Origin: Flavobacteriales bacterium
GTDB lineage: Bacteria; Bacteroidota; Bacteroidia; Flavobacteriales; JANQLC01
Length of the DNA stretch: 64,000 nucleotides
Assembly: GCA_028280815.1 (NCBI GenBank)
Contig: JANQLC010000031.1
Location: 23,269 to 87,268, forward strand
Direction of reading: 5' to 3'
The translations under genes were made by a program, and so were the position numbers. Positions within the stretch are counted from its first letter, which is position 1; each line of letters begins with the position of its first letter. Below are positions 9,299 to 21,039 of the stretch, piece by piece. The notes beneath the pieces are model-generated. The model searched no databases and was not told the DNA's origin. It saw only the letters and a list, made by a program, of their open reading frames with translations.

Positions 9299-10798
9299 AT
9301 GACAAATCAGGCAGCCGATCTCAAAGATATCGCATCATACGCCAAGAAGTACGGTTATGTGTTTCCTTCGAGTGAGATTTACGACGGTCTCAGCGCGGTT
9401 TACGACTACGGCCAAAACGGTGTAGCCCTCAAGGACAACATCAAACGATATTGGTGGAAGGCGATGGTACAGCTCAACGGAGATATAGAAGGGTTGGACG
9501 CGGCTATCTTTATGCACCCCACCACTTGGAAGGCTTCTGGACATGTCGATGCGTTTAACGAGCTGCTGATCGACAACAGGGATACCCAAAGGCGCTACCG
9601 CGCTGACTGGCTGATCGAAAATTATATCGCCGAGTTGAACGCGAAAATCGGCAAGGCGCGCGACTGTGAGCGAGCCGATACCCAGTTGAAGGGGTGTATC
9701 GAGCAGCGCGATAGGGTGGCGGAGCGGATGATAGCGGCCCTCGAGAAAGACGATCTGGAGGCGCTTAGAAGGTTGATTACCGATTTGGGCATTGCCGATC
9801 CGATCTCGGGTTCAAAAAACTGGACGGATGTACGCCGGTTTAACCTGATGTTTGCCACTCAGTTGAGCGCATCTGCGGATTCATCCCCCGATTTGTACCT
9901 GCGACCTGAAACCGCACAGGGTGCATTTGTCAACTTTCTAAATGTGCAAAAGACCGCACGACAGAAATTGCCCTTTGGCATTGCACAAATCGGCAAGGCT
10001 TTCCGAAACGAAATCGTAGCGCGCCAGTTTATCTTTCGCATGCGTGAGTTTGAACAAATGGAGCTGCAGTATTTCGTCCGACCCGGCGAGGCGCTGAAAT
10101 ACTATGAAGAATGGAGAGAAAAACGCATGCGATGGCACCTATCCCTCGGGCTGGGGCCGGCGCATTACCGCTTTCGCGATCACGACAAATTGGCGCATTA
10201 TGCCGACGCCGCTTCGGATATCGAGTTTCGTTTTCCCTTTGGCTTCAAAGAGTTGGAAGGCATTCACGCTCGAACTGATTTCGATTTGCGCAACCACCAA
10301 AAATATGCCAACAAAAAACTGCAATTCTTCGATCCAGTGAGCAACCAACGCCATGTACCCCATGTAGTCGAGACATCTGTCGGCTTGGATCGCTTGTTTC
10401 TCGCTGTTTTCAGCGTGGCGTTACAAGAGGAAACTCTGGCCGATGGAAGTACGCGAACGGTTTTGCGCCTGCCCCACATTTTGGCACCGATCCAAGCGGC
10501 GATCTTACCGCTGGTGAAGAAGGATGGTTTGCCTGAAATAGCGAGATCGCTCTTTGGCGATTTAAAGTACGATTTCAATGTAACACTCGATGATAAGGAT
10601 ACCATCGGGCGCCGTTATCGCAGGCAGGATGCGGTCGGTACGCCCTATTGCATAACGATAGATCACGACACGCGCCAAGATCAATCCGCTACCCTGCGAA
10701 ATCGAGACACGATGGAGCAAGAGCGCGTCCCACTGACCCGAATCCCAAGTCTTTTGGCCGAGCGCATTTCTATGAAAGCGCAGTTGAGAAAACTGTAA
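9299..10798 (+). CDS. glyQS: Glycine--tRNA ligase, alpha2 type
   Basis: SSEIYDG, WKASGHVDAF, YLRPETAQG, GKAFRNEI, FRMREFEQME, anticodon domain IGRRYRRQD; start trimmed to MTNQAAD. Confidence 0.97.
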   Translation: MTNQAADLKDIASYAKKYGYVFPSSEIYDGLSAVYDYGQNGVALKDNIKRYWWKAMVQLNGDIEGLDAAIFMHPTTWKASGHVDAFNELLIDNRDTQRRYRADWLIENYIAELNAKIGKARDCERADTQLKGCIEQRDRVAERMIAALEKDDLEALRRLITDLGIADPISGSKNWTDVRRFNLMFATQLSASADSSPDLYLRPETAQGAFVNFLNVQKTARQKLPFGIAQIGKAFRNEIVARQFIFRMREFEQMELQYFVRPGEALKYYEEWREKRMRWHLSLGLGPAHYRFRDHDKLAHYADAASDIEFRFPFGFKELEGIHARTDFDLRNHQKYANKKLQFFDPVSNQRHVPHVVETSVGLDRLFLAVFSVALQEETLADGSTRTVLRLPHILAPIQAAILPLVKKDGLPEIARSLFGDLKYDFNVTLDDKDTIGRRYRRQDAVGTPYCITIDHDTRQDQSATLRNRDTMEQERVPLTRIPSLLAERISMKAQLRKL

Positions 10799-11263
10799 AT
10801 GCAAGGCGATGCGGAAAATGCCGTGTCCTGCATGGGCGGCCATCAATACATTGCCCCTTTTGGTTTTGATAATCGATTTAACCCTTCTAAAAATGGACTG
10901 GAAATCGCCTAAATTTGTGGGGTGCACCGCAGTTAAAAAATAAATCGAAGTTAAAAACCAACCCATGGCGTTTGATTGCGAGTAAATAAGGGCTGATGCT
11001 CTAAAAACCATTGGTTTTAAAGAGACGAATAATTACCGACACGAGAAAAACCGATTGTCATAGGAGGCGGATTTTATACTGCAGCAAGCGCATTCATACC
11101 CGGTAAACGACTGTATTCAAACCTTTGACCTCCTGACTTTGGGTAAATCCCTCTGTGTGGCACGCTTTTCGATCTAAATGATGATACCCATGCGATTCTC
11201 ACACTTTAGCCGATTCTTTTTGATTATCTTTTTATCATAAATGTGAACTTTATCACTTTCACC

Positions 11264-12595
11264 ATGCTATATTTTGAGTTTGCATTCTTACTGCTCATGC
11301 TTTACCTCGGCAGCCGCTTCGGAGGCATTGGACTGGGCGTTGTGTCCGGCATCGGGCTGGTGGTCGAAGTCTTCCTCTTGCGCATGCCGCCTACGAAGCC
11401 ACCGATTGTCGTGATCATGATCATCATAGCAGTGGTCACTTGTACGTCAGTCTTAGAAGCAGCTGGGGGGCTCAAATACATGTTGCAGATCGCTGAGCGG
11501 ATTTTGAGGCGGCATCCCAAACGCGTGACCCTATTGGCACCTTTGATCACCTATACCATGACGGTTTTGTTGGGCACTGGGCATGCGGTGTACGCCATCA
11601 TGCCGGTTATCGGTGATGTCGCGCTAAGGAAGGGTATTCGCCCTGAGCGCCCGATGGCAGCCGCTTCGGTGGCTTGTCAGCTGGCCATTACCGGCAGCCC
11701 GATTTCCGCTGCTGTGGTGTATTATCTGGCTAAATTATCTGCGGTTCAGCCCGACATAAATCTGTTGCGCATCCTGACGGTCACCATTCCCGGTACGCTG
11801 GGCGGGACCTTATTGCTGTCGCTCTACAGTCTGCGCCGGGGTAAAGACTTGACACAAGACCGGGCATATCAACGCCGCCTCAAGGACCCGGTATGGTCGG
11901 AGAAAATTAGAAATGCGTCCGCCACGACCTTGGATGAGCATTTACCCGCATCTGCCCGGCAGTCGGTGATCTATTTTTTGATCACCTTGGCCATCATCGT
12001 GCTGATTGCCCTGTGGCCTGAAATACGGACAGTCGATGTAGGGGGCACAGAGACTGCTGTTTCCATGTCGGCGGTGGTCCAAATGCTGATGCTGGCTTCC
12101 GGTGGCTTCATTTTGCTGGCAACCCGCACTCCAGTCTCAAGCGTACCCCAAGGTACAGTCTTCAGGTCCGGTATGGTAGCGGTCATTGCCATTTTTGGGA
12201 TTGCCTGGATGAGTGATACGTATTTCCAGCATGCCATGCCTTCGTTTAAACAAGGTATAACCCTGATGATACAAACCCATCCTTGGACCTTTGCCTTAGC
12301 CTTGTTCGCCGTATCTGTCGTCATTAACAGCCAAGCGGCCACCGCCCGAATGCTGTTGCCCGTGGGAATGGCTATGGGCTTGACACCCCATCTGTTGATC
12401 GCGCTGATGCCGGCAACCTATGCGTACTTCTTTATTCCCAATTACCCGACGGATATCGCTACCGCCAATTTCGATGTCACCGGCACGACTAAAATCGGCA
12501 AATATTACTTCAACCATAGCTTTATGCTACCGGGTTTAATCGGTGTGATCGGCGCCTGTTGTATCGGTTATGCGATGTCACTGATCGTCATTTGA
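11264..12595 (+). CDS. dcuB: Anaerobic C4-dicarboxylate transporter, DcuA/DcuB family
   Basis: GGIGLG, GTGH, IRPERP, SPISAA, FGIAWMSDT, NSQAA, GTTKIGKYYFNHSF motifs. Confidence 0.9.
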   Translation: MLYFEFAFLLLMLYLGSRFGGIGLGVVSGIGLVVEVFLLRMPPTKPPIVVIMIIIAVVTCTSVLEAAGGLKYMLQIAERILRRHPKRVTLLAPLITYTMTVLLGTGHAVYAIMPVIGDVALRKGIRPERPMAAASVACQLAITGSPISAAVVYYLAKLSAVQPDINLLRILTVTIPGTLGGTLLLSLYSLRRGKDLTQDRAYQRRLKDPVWSEKIRNASATTLDEHLPASARQSVIYFLITLAIIVLIALWPEIRTVDVGGTETAVSMSAVVQMLMLASGGFILLATRTPVSSVPQGTVFRSGMVAVIAIFGIAWMSDTYFQHAMPSFKQGITLMIQTHPWTFALALFAVSVVINSQAATARMLLPVGMAMGLTPHLLIALMPATYAYFFIPNYPTDIATANFDVTGTTKIGKYYFNHSFMLPGLIGVIGACCIGYAMSLIVI

Positions 12596-12715
12596 TGGAA
12601 ATGTTGGTGAACTGGGCTACTCAAAAAATTCGGGTTAACTTTGCAGAAGGGGTTAGCGGTGCGGATCAGTCCAAAGCTGTCCCATGAAAAAATGGGCTTT
12701 AATCAGCGTTGACAA

Positions 12716-13153
12716 GTGGAGCATTTGATTGTGAATCATGGAAAGACATATATCTCATGGGTCTTTGTGGTGCTTTTTACCGCGGTGAGCTGCAAATTGC
12801 AACGAGCTCCCCGTTCAGGCGCTCGGAACCTAAGTGGTCGCGATTGGGTGGTGATCGAGGACGGCCAACCGGTAATTTCCAACGGTAAGCGCATTTACAT
12901 TCGCTTTCTGCTGAACAAATTTCAAGGCTACGCGGGCTGCAATACCCTATTTGGCAGTTATATCGCTCAAGGGGGCAATCTATCCTTTGCCGGGGTGTCT
13001 CATACCCAAGTGAAATGCGCAGATATGGATTCAGAACACGCCCTACTGGACCTGTTGCCCAAAGTCAACCGGTTCCGCATCCAAGGCGATGAAGTGCATT
13101 TGTACAGCGGTAAAATCCTGCTCTTAGAACTGCGTCAACGTCCCGTTCACTGA
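12716..13153 (+). CDS. META domain (HslJ-like) lipoprotein
   Basis: Lipobox AVSC; GYAGCN..FGSY and T.V.C motifs; TAACTTTG promoter motif upstream. Confidence 0.8.
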   Translation: MEHLIVNHGKTYISWVFVVLFTAVSCKLQRAPRSGARNLSGRDWVVIEDGQPVISNGKRIYIRFLLNKFQGYAGCNTLFGSYIAQGGNLSFAGVSHTQVKCADMDSEHALLDLLPKVNRFRIQGDEVHLYSGKILLLELRQRPVH

Positions 13154-13233
13154 TGTAATGGGACAAAATGGCAGCATTTTGAGCTGGAACCAAATTTGTT
13201 TTAGCCCTTTCCATAGGAGATAAAAAGACGGCT

Positions 13234-15819
13234 ATGAACTTGAATAACTTCACGATAAAGTCGCAGGAAGCCGTACAGCAAGGCCAGCAAATCGCGATGG
13301 GGTTCAGCCACCAGGCCATTGAGAATGCGCATATTCTCAAAGCAATCCTAGCGGTGGATGAAAACGTAGTCCCCTACCTGTTTAAAAAGCTCGGCGTGCC
13401 TTTGGATACCATCCACAAAGGGACGGATGCCATATTGCATTCGTTTCCCAAGGTGGAAGGCGGCGGCATGCACCTAGCTCAAAAAACAGTGCGCATGCTC
13501 ACCCAGGCCGGCCATTCGGCCGAGGAGATGAAGGATGAATATATCTCCATCGAGCATCTGCTATTGGCTATCGCGAAGAGCGATAGTCGAGCGGGCGCGC
13601 TCTTGCGCGAAAACGGCCTGTCCGAAAAAGACTTAAAAACAGCTGTTGCAGCCTTGCGAAAGGGCAGCCGGGTACAGTCGCAAAGCGCCGAGGAAACCTA
13701 CAATGCACTGGGCAAGTACGCCAACAACCTCAACCAAATGGCCCAAAGCGGTAAACTCGACCCGGTGATCGGCCGGGACGAAGAGATTCGCCGCATACTG
13801 CAAATCTTATCGAGACGCACCAAAAACAACCCTCTATTAATCGGTGAACCGGGTGTCGGTAAAACAGCCATTGCCGAGGGCTTGGCACATCGGATCGTAA
13901 AAGGCGATGTCCCTGAAAACCTCAAGGACAAGCGGGTTTATGCCCTCGACATGGGTGCCCTAGTGGCTGGAGCCAAATACAAAGGCGAGTTCGAAGAGCG
14001 TTTAAAAGCCGTGATCAAAGAGGTGACCCACTCCAACGGCAGCATTGTCCTCTTTATCGACGAGATTCACACTTTGGTGGGTGCAGGTGGGGGTGAAGGG
14101 GCTATGGATGCGGCAAACATCTTGAAACCCGCCTTGGCGCGTGGGGCGTTGCGCGCCATCGGTGCGACCACGCTTGACGAGTATCAGAAGTACTTTGAAA
14201 AAGACAAGGCCTTGGAACGGCGTTTTCAACGCGTACGGGTGGATGAGCCCGACATCGAATCCGCGATTTCTATTTTAAGGGGGATCAAAGAGCGTTATGA
14301 AACCCATCACAAGGTGCGGATTAAGGATGAAGCCATCATCGCTGCTGCCGTGCTTTCACAGCGCTACATCACCGACCGTTTCCTGCCTGATAAAGCGATC
14401 GATTTGGTGGATGAAGCCTGTTCCAAGTTGCGCATGGAAATCGACTCAAAGCCGGAGGCTTTAGACGTCTTGGACAGAAAGATTATGCAGCTCGAGATCG
14501 AAATGGAAGCGATCAAGCGCGAAAAGGATAAAGCCAAGTTGAAATCTTTGAGAGCGGAACGCGCCAATCTCAATGACGAACGAACACAAATCGATAGCAA
14601 ATGGCGCGCTGAAAAGGAGGTGGTCGACAATTTGCAAGCTGCAAAAAAACGTATTGAGGCTTACAAACTAGAAGCCGAGCGCGCCGAGCGCCAAGGCGAT
14701 TTGGGTCGGGTAGCCGAGTTGCGCTATGGAAAGATCAAGGCGGAAGAAGAAAAGGCAAAAGCCTTGGAATCCGAAATTCAGAATGAGGGCGGCGAGCGTT
14801 TGATCAAAGAGGAGGTGACCCGTGAAGACATCGCTGAAGTGGTCTCCCGCTGGACGGGTATCCCAATCACCAAAATGATGCAAGGGGAACGCGAAAAACT
14901 CTTGGGCTTGGAGGCAGAATTGCACAAACGCGTCGTCGGACAAAACGAAGCCATCGAAGCCGTTTCAGATGCCATCCGGCGTTCACGAGCCGGCCTGCGC
15001 GATCGAGATCGCCCCATCGGTTCTTTCCTCTTCCTCGGTACTACCGGTGTGGGGAAGACAGAGCTCGCCAAAGCCTTGGCCGAGTGCTTATTTGACGACG
15101 ACAGCAACTTGATCCGAATCGATATGAGCGAGTACCAAGAGCGCCATGCCGTAAGCCGACTGCTCGGTGCACCGCCGGGCTATGTCGGTTATGACGAAGG
15201 GGGGCAGCTCACCAAAGCCGTGCGCCACAAACCCTATTCCGTCTTGCTTTTGGATGAGATCGAAAAAGCCCATCCCGACGCGTTTAACATCTTGCTTCAG
15301 GTACTGGATGACGGTCGCCTGACCGATAACAAGGGCAGGACCGTAAACTGTAAAAATACCCTGATCATCATGACCTCAAACATTGGTTCTCCGATTATTC
15401 AAGAGAACTTTGAAGAAATGGATGCGCAGCATGAAGCGGCCATCGTGGAAAAAACGCAAAATCAGGTGTTCGATTTGTTGAGAAAGACCATTCGACCCGA
15501 GTTTTTGAACCGCATCGACGAAATCATCATGTTCAAACCCTTAGACCAAAAGGAGATTCACGAGATTGTGGACATTCAGTTGAAGGGCCTGGGCAGGCGC
15601 CTAGCCAAAAGGGATATAAGCCTGAAAGCCACCCCAGAAGCCATCGACTGGATCGCGAAGAAAGGGTTTAACCCCCAGCTTGGGGCACGCCCGCTCAAGC
15701 GCGTCATCCAACACGATGTCTTAAATGCGCTATCCAAGGCGATCATAGCTGAAAAGATAAAAGATGGCGACCACGTCACCTTAGACAATTTTGATGACGG
15801 CGGCATTGTCATCAGATAG
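13234..15819 (+). CDS. clpB: ATP-dependent chaperone ClpB
   Basis: Two AAA+ modules ([16 protein letters not shown]), coiled-coil M domain, GAPPGYVGY. Confidence 0.98.
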   Translation: MNLNNFTIKSQEAVQQGQQIAMGFSHQAIENAHILKAILAVDENVVPYLFKKLGVPLDTIHKGTDAILHSFPKVEGGGMHLAQKTVRMLTQAGHSAEEMKDEYISIEHLLLAIAKSDSRAGALLRENGLSEKDLKTAVAALRKGSRVQSQSAEETYNALGKYANNLNQMAQSGKLDPVIGRDEEIRRILQILSRRTKNNPLLIGEPGVGKTAIAEGLAHRIVKGDVPENLKDKRVYALDMGALVAGAKYKGEFEERLKAVIKEVTHSNGSIVLFIDEIHTLVGAGGGEGAMDAANILKPALARGALRAIGATTLDEYQKYFEKDKALERRFQRVRVDEPDIESAISILRGIKERYETHHKVRIKDEAIIAAAVLSQRYITDRFLPDKAIDLVDEACSKLRMEIDSKPEALDVLDRKIMQLEIEMEAIKREKDKAKLKSLRAERANLNDERTQIDSKWRAEKEVVDNLQAAKKRIEAYKLEAERAERQGDLGRVAELRYGKIKAEEEKAKALESEIQNEGGERLIKEEVTREDIAEVVSRWTGIPITKMMQGEREKLLGLEAELHKRVVGQNEAIEAVSDAIRRSRAGLRDRDRPIGSFLFLGTTGVGKTELAKALAECLFDDDSNLIRIDMSEYQERHAVSRLLGAPPGYVGYDEGGQLTKAVRHKPYSVLLLDEIEKAHPDAFNILLQVLDDGRLTDNKGRTVNCKNTLIIMTSNIGSPIIQENFEEMDAQHEAAIVEKTQNQVFDLLRKTIRPEFLNRIDEIIMFKPLDQKEIHEIVDIQLKGLGRRLAKRDISLKATPEAIDWIAKKGFNPQLGARPLKRVIQHDVLNALSKAIIAEKIKDGDHVTLDNFDDGGIVIR

Positions 15820-15859
15820 ATAGAAGTCTCATCTCCCGTCTTCCTCCTGATCTGTGGAC

Positions 15860-17000
15860 TTCGGTTCGAGCGCTTAGGCCAATCGCTTTTTGCCAGTCCC
15901 TGTGATTGGATTGAAAAAGGTCTTTTGCCCTTTTGTAAGAAATTGGAGTTGTGGTCTTATCTTTTGGTGGAATACTTTTTGGGCTTGTTCTTTTGTGTGC
16001 CTTTGAGCGGTCTGGCTTGCTTTGTGTGGGCGATTCGTCGGGTCTATTGACTCAGTTTGTATCGATTGGATTAGTCGGCTGGTTCGTTTTGCGTGGATTG
16101 GGTTAGTTGAATGGATTGATTCGGCTGGTTTGAGTTATTTGGATTGGTCCAGTGGCTGGGTTTGAGCGTGTTCGTCGGTGTGGTGGGTTGCGTTGGCTGG
16201 TTTGTAGTTGCTCGCTTGAATCCGGTTGCGTCGGATGGGTTGGTTTTGCTGTTTTTCAGCGCCTTTGAGTGCTTGGCGGTGTTTTCCGTTTTTATTTGGC
16301 AGGCAGTTAAGGCTGTGTTATTGGGTTGTTTGTCGCTGTGCTGATGTCTTGAATGGCTTGCGTTGGCGAGTTGCTCGCCCTCCCTTGGTTTTGTCGCGTG
16401 GGTTCGATTGGACTACATAGCGATTGGGTTGGATGGTCTTCGCTTGGTTGGCACTCGGTGTTAAAGGTTGTTTTTGCGATTGGTAGAGGGGGGATCAGTG
16501 GTGGCTATGGGTCGGTAACTCTTTTGCCTAAGCGGTTTTGGGTCGGCCGCACTTTTGTATGGATCAGGTTTTTCGCCTCGCTTGTTTGAGTGAGTTGGTT
16601 TTGCTGTTTTCGGATGCTTGAGCGAGGTGCTTGGCACGGGTGCATTACTGCGTTGATTGGGTTGTTTGAAGGGCTGGGTCGAGTTGTTGCGTTGATCAGG
16701 CTGCTTGGCATGGGTGGTTTATTGCGCTGGCTGGCTTGGTTGCATGGATTGGGTTGCGGTGGGTCGCTTTGCGTTGTTTGGGTGTGTGCTTTGTCTTGCT
16801 GAGGGCTGTTTTTCGTTGCCGTTGGGTCTGAAAGCTGCGCCTGTTTTCTGCGCTTCCCTTTTGTCCCTGCGCAAGGATTTGAAAGAAGGGCACCTCCTTT
16901 GTTCTCAGTTGCGGTTCTAAGCGGGTGTTACCTTTCAATTTTTATCGCCGAGCTAAGGCCAGGCTTTCGCATATTCTGCTCAGGATCATTTCTTTGTGGT
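15860..17000. repeat. Long G/T-rich degenerate array: family-2 core flanked by family-1 units
   Basis: Strong A depletion on +; recurrent gattgggtt, ggctgg and gcatgg words; 16455-16512 aligns with the reverse complement of 48931-48990. Confidence 0.65.
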
Positions 17001-17103
17001 ATCCTAGTTGTCCTATCCCTAAGTGGTTCACCGCTCATTTTTTAAGGCTTGTAAAGCGTTGGTCGATTTTGGGTGGGGCAAACCACGTTGATTTGTCGTG
17101 CCA

Positions 17104-18135
17104 TCATTTGGACTTAATGGTTGGTTTATCGCCTTTTTTTAGGGATTTCTCGATTCGCTCTTCGAGCGCTTCGGCGAGTTCTGGGTTGTCCTTTAGCAAG
17201 CGCTTAACCGCATCGCGACCTTGTCCCAGTTTGGTTTTCTCGTAGCTGTACCACGAGCCGCTCTTCTCTATGATTCCAAAATCCACACCCATGTCCAACA
17301 GCTCGCCGGTTTTGGAGATGCCCTCACCATACATAATATCGAACTCTGCCGTACGGAAGGGGGGAGCTACCTTGTTTTTTACCACTTTTACCTTGGCCTG
17401 ATTTCCGATCACGCCTTCGTGTTCTTTGATCTGTGATCGCTTGCGAATATCCAAGCGCACGGAAGCGTAAAACTTCAAGGCGTTCCCACCGGTAGTCGTC
17501 TCAGGGTTTCCAAACATCACCCCGATCTTTTCGCGAAGCTGGTTGATAAAGATCGCCGTACACCTCGTCTTGCTCAGAGAGGCGGTCAGCTTTCGCATGG
17601 CTTGCGACATCAGACGGGCTTGCAAGCCCATCTTTGAATCGCCCATTTCGCCCTCGATTTCACTTTTGGGCGTCAGTGCGGCTACCGAATCGATTACGAT
17701 GATGCCAAGCGCTCCGGATCGGATTAAATTGTCGGCGACTTCAAGCGCCTGTTCACCGTGGTCGGGCTGAGATATGATTAGGTTTTCAATGTCCACACCG
17801 ATTTTCTCCGCATAGACTCGATCAAAGGCGTGTTCCGCATCGATGAAGGCGGCAATGCCGCCAGCGCGCTGCACTTCAGCAATGGCGTGAAGCGTAAGGG
17901 TGGTTTTACCCGAGGATTCCGGACCGTATATCTCAACCACGCGGCCACGTGGGTAGCCGCCTACACCCAAGGCTAAATCCAAGCCGATGGATCCGCTCGG
18001 TATGACTTCTACATCTTCAACGGCGTGATCACCCATACGCATCACCACACCTTTTCCAAATGATTTTTCCATTTTATCCAGCGTTAGTTTTAACGCTTTG
18101 AGCTTGGCTTCTCGCCCTGACTCCGATATGCCCAT
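17104..18135 (-). CDS. recA: Recombinase RecA
   Basis: [36 protein letters not shown]. Confidence 0.99.
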   Translation of the reverse strand: MGISESGREAKLKALKLTLDKMEKSFGKGVVMRMGDHAVEDVEVIPSGSIGLDLALGVGGYPRGRVVEIYGPESSGKTTLTLHAIAEVQRAGGIAAFIDAEHAFDRVYAEKIGVDIENLIISQPDHGEQALEVADNLIRSGALGIIVIDSVAALTPKSEIEGEMGDSKMGLQARLMSQAMRKLTASLSKTRCTAIFINQLREKIGVMFGNPETTTGGNALKFYASVRLDIRKRSQIKEHEGVIGNQAKVKVVKNKVAPPFRTAEFDIMYGEGISKTGELLDMGVDFGIIEKSGSWYSYEKTKLGQGRDAVKRLLKDNPELAEALEERIEKSLKKGDKPTIKSK

Positions 18136-18238
18136 AAGTTCTACTTTTCTCTTAAACCCTTATGATGAGAGCCCTGCGATCTGATTTGAAAGGCGCCCGT
18201 AACAGGCTCCAGCTAAGGCGTGAATGCGTATCAAGGCG

Positions 18239-18688
18239 TTAGGCATTTAAGATCTGGTTGGCGTGATCCTTGGTCTTCACCTGCTCGATGACATGGCTGA
18301 TGGTACCGGATTCATCGACCAGAAAGCTAGTCCGGTGAATGCCTTCATAGCTGCGCCCCATAAATTTTTTGGGCCCCCACACGCCGAAGGCGCGGATGAC
18401 CGCCTTATCGGTATCGGCGATTAGCTTGAAGGGCAGGCGGTTTTTGGTTTTAAAACGCTTTTGCTTTTTTGAAGTGTCGGCACTGACACCGACGATTTCG
18501 TAGCCTTGCGCTTTCAATGACTGCGCGTTGTCTCGCAGATTGCAAGCCTCTGAGGTGCAACCCGGGGTATCGGCCTTGGGGTAGAAGAATACGACGAGTT
18601 TTTTGCCCTTGTAGTCGCTGTAGGCGATCGGTTTTCCGTCTTGATCGATTCCTTCAAAATGGGGAACCTTGTCTCCTGTTTTTAACAT
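18239..18688 (-). CDS. bcp: Thioredoxin-dependent thiol peroxidase Bcp
   Basis: FYPKADTPGCTSEAC motif; start trimmed to MLKTGDK. Confidence 0.93.
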   Translation of the reverse strand: MLKTGDKVPHFEGIDQDGKPIAYSDYKGKKLVVFFYPKADTPGCTSEACNLRDNAQSLKAQGYEIVGVSADTSKKQKRFKTKNRLPFKLIADTDKAVIRAFGVWGPKKFMGRSYEGIHRTSFLVDESGTISHVIEQVKTKDHANQILNA

Positions 18689-18970
18689 GGTTTTTATTGC
18701 ATTTTTTACAGGCCTAAAGGTAGGGTTTTTATATCGGGCGTCCAAACGGTTTTTTCCATGTTTACGACTGTGCGCATTTCAGCGGCTTACAATGAAGTTC
18801 GGCGCCCCTATTTACGCGGTGAGATTCAAAGATAAAAGCCTTTTTCCAACTTCGTGCGAATCTGAAAATAGCCCATGCCGAATCCAAGGTATAAGAATTA
18901 TCCGCGTTCTGCTTATACCAGGGCAGATAGATTTCTCCACCGACTTTGAGTTGAATTTTTAGATTTCTAA

Positions 18971-19330
18971 TCAGCTCCGTCTTCCAATACAGTACCCGCT
19001 GACGAGGAGCTTTCCCAAAATTTCGTAAGCCCTTTCCGTCACATCTCGCCTTTTTAAAATTTCACCTGCATACAAAAGCACATGGCTTACACCCAAGTCG
19101 CCGGTACACCAAGCCAATCTGGAATCCATGCGTCGTTTATCGTCTTTTAAAGTAGCGTAAAATGCGGGGTACGCACTGCTGCACACCGCTCTATTTCTAA
19201 GGCTGATCAGGCTTTTCAGTGTGCCATCTACCAACTTATCCAGGTATGTATGAGCATGCCCCTTTTCTTTCAATCGCAATAGAAAAATCAACACGGCGGT
19301 AATGCTATGTGCAATCCCCAAATCGATCAA
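18971..19330 (-). pseudogene. Lanthionine synthetase LanC-like fragment
   Basis: DLGIAHS (GxAHG-like) and SRLAWCTGDLG (WCxG) motifs; N-terminus and CHG region missing. Confidence 0.75.
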
Positions 19331-19919
19331 ACCGGCTCCCTCTGAGCGGCTCGGTGTTAGGCTCTACAATGGATCATCCAGAATTGGGGGAGCCAAACCA
19401 TTTGGGGGACCCTTGAGGCGCATGCTTCTCATTTCAGGCCAGGCTTGAATTCTTGCTAAAACATGCTCTTGCCTTTCTCTACAATGGACTCAAGTCCCCG
19501 TCGATGTGTGGGGTACAGTCGTGGCCGTTCTGTAAATGGCCTTATAATTCTTCTCTTTCCATTCAAATGTAGCACCCTCTTTTTATATGGGAATCAAGTG
19601 GCTCGGCTTGTCTGCACAATTTCACTTCAGACTTCTAAGTGGGATACGCATATATCACTTTGCCAAGCCGATCCGTATCGTTATACGTTTTGTGCAGAAA
19701 CGCGCTTTCCTCTCCTTCGGAGAAAACGCTGTCTATAGCGATGCCAAACCTTCCACTGTTCATATCTTCTATAAAATGCGGTCGCTGTCTAAGAAATTTA
19801 CCGTAAATTACTGGCAAAAGGCTACAGCATCCTAATAAGATTGCATTTCAGTAGCTGCTTAGTAGCAAACACGAAATAAGAATCGAATATACGCTCAATG
19901 CGGAGCTATAACCCTTCTC

Positions 19920-20646
19920 AAAAACGAAATTGAGACTCTGGCAGAAGGGCCTTGGATAGGAGCCGAACCCTCTTTCAAGCCGGTGTGATTTCCGCCCAAG
20001 AATACGAGAACAAACAAATAGAATTCGCAGGAGCAAAACACGACTACAAGGACTTGGAATCTGCCATTTCTCAGATGCGAGAATCCATCAGCGAAGCGCA
20101 AAAACCGATAAGGAAACTGAAATCAATCGGGTGAAGCGAGAAGTCACCCTGCTCAAGCACGTGATCCAATCCCTCAACCACTTAAAAAAAGCCATTGGAG
20201 ATTGGGAGTACAACTATGTTTTAAAATCGAGGATAAAAGGCAGGTTTTCCTTTTTAAACCATTGGCATACCAACCAAACGATCAGCCGAGGAGATTTGGT
20301 CTTTACGGTCATTCCAAGCGGAAACCTCGCATTTATGGCTAAGCTCAAAACGCTTATCCAAAACTCCGGAAAAATAAAAGTAGGCCAAAGCGTACATATC
20401 AAACTGGAAAATTATCCCGATACCGAATTCGGCGTATTAAACGGCAAGGTGAAAAATATTTCACTCATTCCAGACAGAGAAGGCTGGTATCTCATCGATG
20501 TGGAGCTGCCTCAAAAACTGGTGACTTCGTACCACAAAGAGATAGATTTTAAGCCGGAAATGCGGGGAACGGCTGAAATTATCACCGAGTACATACGTTT
20601 GATCCAGCGCTTTTTCTACCGTTTTAAAGAGGCGCTAAGGAGATAA
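19920..20646 (+). pseudogene. HlyD family secretion adaptor, 5'-truncated and frameshifted
   Basis: LFQAGVISAQEYE coiled coil, frameshift near 20130, NSGKIKVGQ.V.IKLENYP..EFG.L.G.V, MRGTAEIITE; no N-terminal TM. Confidence 0.8.
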
Positions 20647-20969
20647 CCGATGGATGAGGCCGCTGTGATTAGACACCGATAGCTCACCCTGGATCGGAAT
20701 TCACCCGATGGTTTTCGAGCAGCTTGGGGTAGGGAATGGAGCAGACTCCCATTGGACAGGTCCTTTTTTATCGTTCTTATCGGTTTTTCGTCGCTGCTGT
20801 GGTCCAGAAAATAAAGCAGCGTCCGCCGATATTTCCATACAGCCTTTTCTCTCTTGCGCCCGACTATCACATTGAAACCCCACCTCTAATCGGCTATAAA
20901 AATCTAAATTGGCAGAGACAAAAGCCCTGTATTTTACTACTTTTAGACTAAGATCTGAGCACTTATCGG

Positions 20970-20977
20970 TAAGTTTG
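20970..20977 (+). promoter_or_regulatory. Bacteroidota -7 element TAAGTTTG upstream of panB
   Basis: Consensus match about 60 bp before the ATG. Confidence 0.45.
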
Positions 20978-21039
20978 CAGGATGCATAAGGCATAAAAAA
21001 TGTTGCTGGCAACCCACGGTTTAGACGAATTTAATTCAT

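Noticed and set aside
10800-11240. Possible decayed gene between glyQS and dcuB
   Set aside because: Coding-like but interrupted by stops and no family recognisable; needs BLASTX
16144-16938. Short W/L/G/C-rich ORFs on + and Q/P/K/N-rich ORFs on -
   Set aside because: By-products of the G/T-biased array; overlapping in several frames with no recognisable motifs
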